In this document: one piece after another, positions 60,511 to 64,000 of the stretch | Position numbering within the stretch: the stretch's first letter is position 1 | Layout of the letters: each line of letters begins with the position of its first letter | Assembly (NCBI RefSeq): GCF_004010195.1 | Contig: NC_057720.1 | Coordinates: 30,744,831 to 30,808,830 of the forward strand | Direction of reading: 5' to 3' | From: Chiloscyllium plagiosum | Taxonomy: Eukaryota | Length of the DNA: 64,000 nt | Program-made: the position numbers and the translations under genes | The notes under the pieces: model-generated | The model's database searches: none | The model's input: only the letters and a program-made list of their open reading frames with translations | Told to the model about the DNA's origin: nothing

Positions 60511-63500
60511 CAGTGGAAGGCATCATTTGGAGGTGCCGCTGTTGGACTGGGTGTACAAAGTTAACTTTGTCTAGTGGAGGAGGATCTGTTATTGGATCTC
60601 CCTATCATTAGTTTGCAACAAGTCATCAACCTGAAATATTAACTGTGTTTATTTTAATTCTCCACTAATTTTGAGGGGGGTTAAACGTTTCCCAATATCT
60701 TTCTGATTTCCTCCATCTGGAGTGTGTTAGATATTTTCCTAATCACCCTGTTCAGAGATGATAGACACGACTCCGAAGTAGGGGGGGGAATTGAACCTGG
60801 GTGCTGAGGAGGAAACGCTACTGTTGCAGCTCGAGAGCCCTTTCTACTGTGTGCAAAGCTTCGTTATTCTGATGTTAGTGAAACCCACTCTTAATATGGC
60901 TTGGAGGAGAAGATGTGGAAGCATTGAGAAGGCGGAGAAAACTTGAATTCTCCTGAATGGCTGTGGGGCTTGGGAATTCAATCATATTAATAGATTAGAA
61001 AAGCTGACTGTTCTTGGAAAGAAGATAAAAGGAGGTTTGGTAGAGTTGCTAAAATTAACAGAAGAAGTCTGGACAGAGTAGATAGGGAGAAACTGTTGCT
61101 ACTTATAGAAGAGATGAGAGCCAGTGAACAATTTAGCCAGGTCTTCAGACCCAGATTGCACTACCAGCCACTGCAATACAAGATCCTGTTCTCCATACTA
61201 TGATTGTAGGACTGCAGGGACTGGTGTACACAGTGTAATAATAATAACATAATTAGTTAAGTTTCATGTGTTTAATTGTTTCCTTAAGCTTTTTGTGCAC
61301 TTTTATGGCTTTTTCAAAGGGAGACCTTTTGTTAGACTTGCAGTGGGTTTGTTTTACTGGGACAACCCATTGTCTCTTGGTTATGTTAATCAATAAATAT
61401 TCAAAATAATGTTGGTGGGTTTTTTTTAAATCAGTCATGAAGTTAGTGTTGTTTGCCAGGCCAACATTTATTGCCCACAGTGCAGTTAAGAGTCAACTAT
61501 ATTGTTGTGGATCTGGAGTCACAAGTCGAAAACCATCTGTTCAGCCAGACTTGTTAGGATAAACAACCTTGGATTCCAACATGTGCAGTTTCTTTGTCTC
61601 AGACCAGGTTAGGATGGCAGATTTCCTTCCTTAAAGGATATTAGTGAGACAGATGGGATTTTACAACAGTCAACAATTATGTAGTCACCTTTAAACAAGC
61701 TTTTTATTCCAGATATTTAAAATTTAATTCAAATTTCAAACATGTCCTCAGAAAATTTAGCCTGCAGTTCAGCATTACTAATCCAGTGACATTATTATGT
61801 GTTAGTCTTCCCTAAATCTTTACATTCTTTACTTGGAAAATAATAAATTTCTATTGTTTCAATACTGAATGTTCCATAGAATTGAGTGTCTGGTCAGAGG
61901 TTTCTGTTGGAACTGTTTTCTTGTTTTGTTTTGTTGCTGTTATAACAGAGAAGTTTTTAAACAAGATGTTTCATTGTACCATTCTGTACTCAGGTACGCC
62001 ACATTCCACAATCCAGAGTGTGTGTATTTGTACAGCATACTGCATAGTTCAGCACATATACAACATGCAGTAGTTCACTCACACCCTGATATTCAATCTT
62101 TGATTTTTGGATTCCAAAAATCATAGGACTTCAAAATAACATCAGAGCAACATATGGAGTTAGGAAAATGCACTTAGCTCATCTCAAATTCTTCTAATCC
62201 TTCTGTTGTCATTGTTAAATAGCCCATTTTATTTCATTACAATAAACGTAAGGGACCAAACCAACTATTCCCACCCATCAAAAATATGGATAAGTAATTG
62301 CTCACAATCCATCAGTATTAAATTTAAGAATGCTCACTGATGGTCAGTTTGGATTCAGTTCGGGGCCACTCATCTTCTAACTTCATGATAGCCTTAGTCC
62401 AAATATGAATGAAAGCGCTCAATTGAAGAGTGGAGTTGACATCAAGCAGTATTTGATCAAGTATGGCGTCAGGCAAGTTATAGTATCCTTCTTGAAACTA
62501 GCACCAGCTGCATCAGATAAACCTCCTGCAAAATTATGCATTTTGGATCCATCTGGATGGTCGAAAACCACGTGTTCTGCCAGGCACTGATTCCTCAACT
62601 CTCAACTGACCAGTACTCTGGGTAAGGCAAAGAAAGAAGCTACAATATTCCAAAGTTTTCCTTGAAGTGCAGAAGCATTGACATTAATGACTGGGTGAAG
62701 CATATAATCAATCATTCAAAATAATAACAACTTGTCCATCGAACTACATCATTGTTTGAGTTGGCCTATTATGGATGTGAAAACCATGTCAGAAACACTC
62801 AACCCTGAGTAGATCTCATCTATAAATCAAGGGGTGACCGAAGTATAGATTTTTATGATTCATGATTCCACGATGCATCGTCTTTATTGGAAATAAATCT
62901 GACTCGTGGGTTTAGACTCCCCAAGTGTTCTATGCTCTGGCAAGCTGTTTATTTAGAAAAAATGTGGCGGAAAGACTGAATTGTAATGCTTGATGACACG
63001 TTGTTTTACCAAAATAGAAAACTTCTATTTTGCAGTCATCCAAGCAGAAAAGATTCATCAAAACTTTAGATGAAAATAAAGCTGTAGTATACAGCAGCGA
63101 TTCCTCTAAGTTGCACTGTGTGGAGCAGCTAGGAGGTTGTCCACATGCCAGTTGATGTGCTGACACCTTGATCTCCAGTTCCAGAAGCCACTGTTGGCGT
63201 ACAGATTTTGGAATTGCACAGTGGAGAAGAAACTAGTGGGAGCATAGATATACATGTATTGACGTTTCAGAGAGAATTCTTAAAATGTAGATGCATGAAT
63301 TTCTTTGGGTCAACTGTAATTTTCTATTCAGGTTTTTCCTAATTTTCAATTGTATGTTATGTTCCCTTAAACCATCAGCATTAATAGATGTTCAGCAATC
63401 ATCTATAAATGTCCAAACAAATATTCCTTAGATTTCTTATTCAGTGCATCTCAGTGACAATGGACCCTAATAGAGATTATCTCATAATAAGAAAAATCAA

Positions 63501-63539
63501 AGAACTTAGTCAAAAAGTTTAATAATATGCAAGTAAAAT

Positions 63540-64000
63540 GCAATATGATTAATGCATGCCACTCTGGAGGTGTCAAGACTAGAGTTGTACAGATGCTGTT
63601 GAGTGAATAACTAGTGGGGAGGAAGTAGAAGAGAAAGCTTTAGGCAAGTTTTAGAAAAGGTGGAAGAGCTTCGTAGTAGTAGGATGATAACAACAGACTT
63701 CAGTTCTGCTAATGTAGATTGAGAAATGACAAAACAAAGAGCAAATATTAGGAGGAATTCATGGAACTTGTAAAAGGGAACTTTGTTAATTAGTATTTTT
63801 CTAGCCCAACAAAGCCAGACGCAGTGTTGGATCTGGTGTTTCAGTAGAGGAAGATTTGGGAGACCATTGTCACAATGTCAATAGGTTTAGAGGAGGTATG
63901 GAACAGGCAAGAAAATAATCAAGTGTAAAAATATTCAACTTGAGAGATTTCAGTGAGTTGAAAAATCTGGGCCCTAAGGATACAGAGATTAAAAATGAAA
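63540..64000 (+). mobile_element. Old CR1-like endonuclease-region remnant
   Basis: gcagtgttggatctggtg, gaccattgtcacaatg..aggttt motifs typical of the CR1 APE C-terminal part. Confidence 0.45.

Noticed and set aside
1..64000. CRISPR array or prokaryotic operon/defence system
   Set aside because: Sequence is spliceosomal-intron-rich vertebrate DNA; no regularly spaced repeat-spacer array or operon-like ORFs

Overview
Vertebrate genomic DNA, almost certainly a shark (elasmobranch). This is inferred from HE1/V-SINE, CR1/HER1-type LINE, DeuSINE-like and Penelope repeat content; the species cannot be determined from sequence alone. The window holds the 5' part of the deubiquitinase gene USP24 on the minus strand: a CpG-island promoter (~59.8-60.5 kb), 16 GT-AG coding exons (60137 down to 6504; 1917 nt = 639 codons, one continuous frame) and a 26.6-kb first intron. 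The gene continues beyond position 1. Introns are filled with decayed retroelements (CR1, L2-like, Rex1/Babar, RTE, Penelope-like, several SINEs). Main observations: (i) five short, TSD-flanked, fold-back Penelope-derived insertions from at least three sequence families, plus related termini, carrying minimal hammerhead-ribozyme cores (CUGANGA-stem II-GAAA-palindromic stem III), including an intact-looking core on the USP24 sense strand at 14879-14913; (ii) an unexplained CpG-retaining, densely base-paired ~110-130 nt element in intron 13 (9243-9372), a candidate structured ncRNA; (iii) signs of a ~2.2-kb inversion between two inverted CR1 copies; (iv) an 18-Gly tract and two uORFs in or near exon 1. 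Exon coordinates were read base by base. Repeat boundaries are approximate, and family names come from motif recognition, not database searches.
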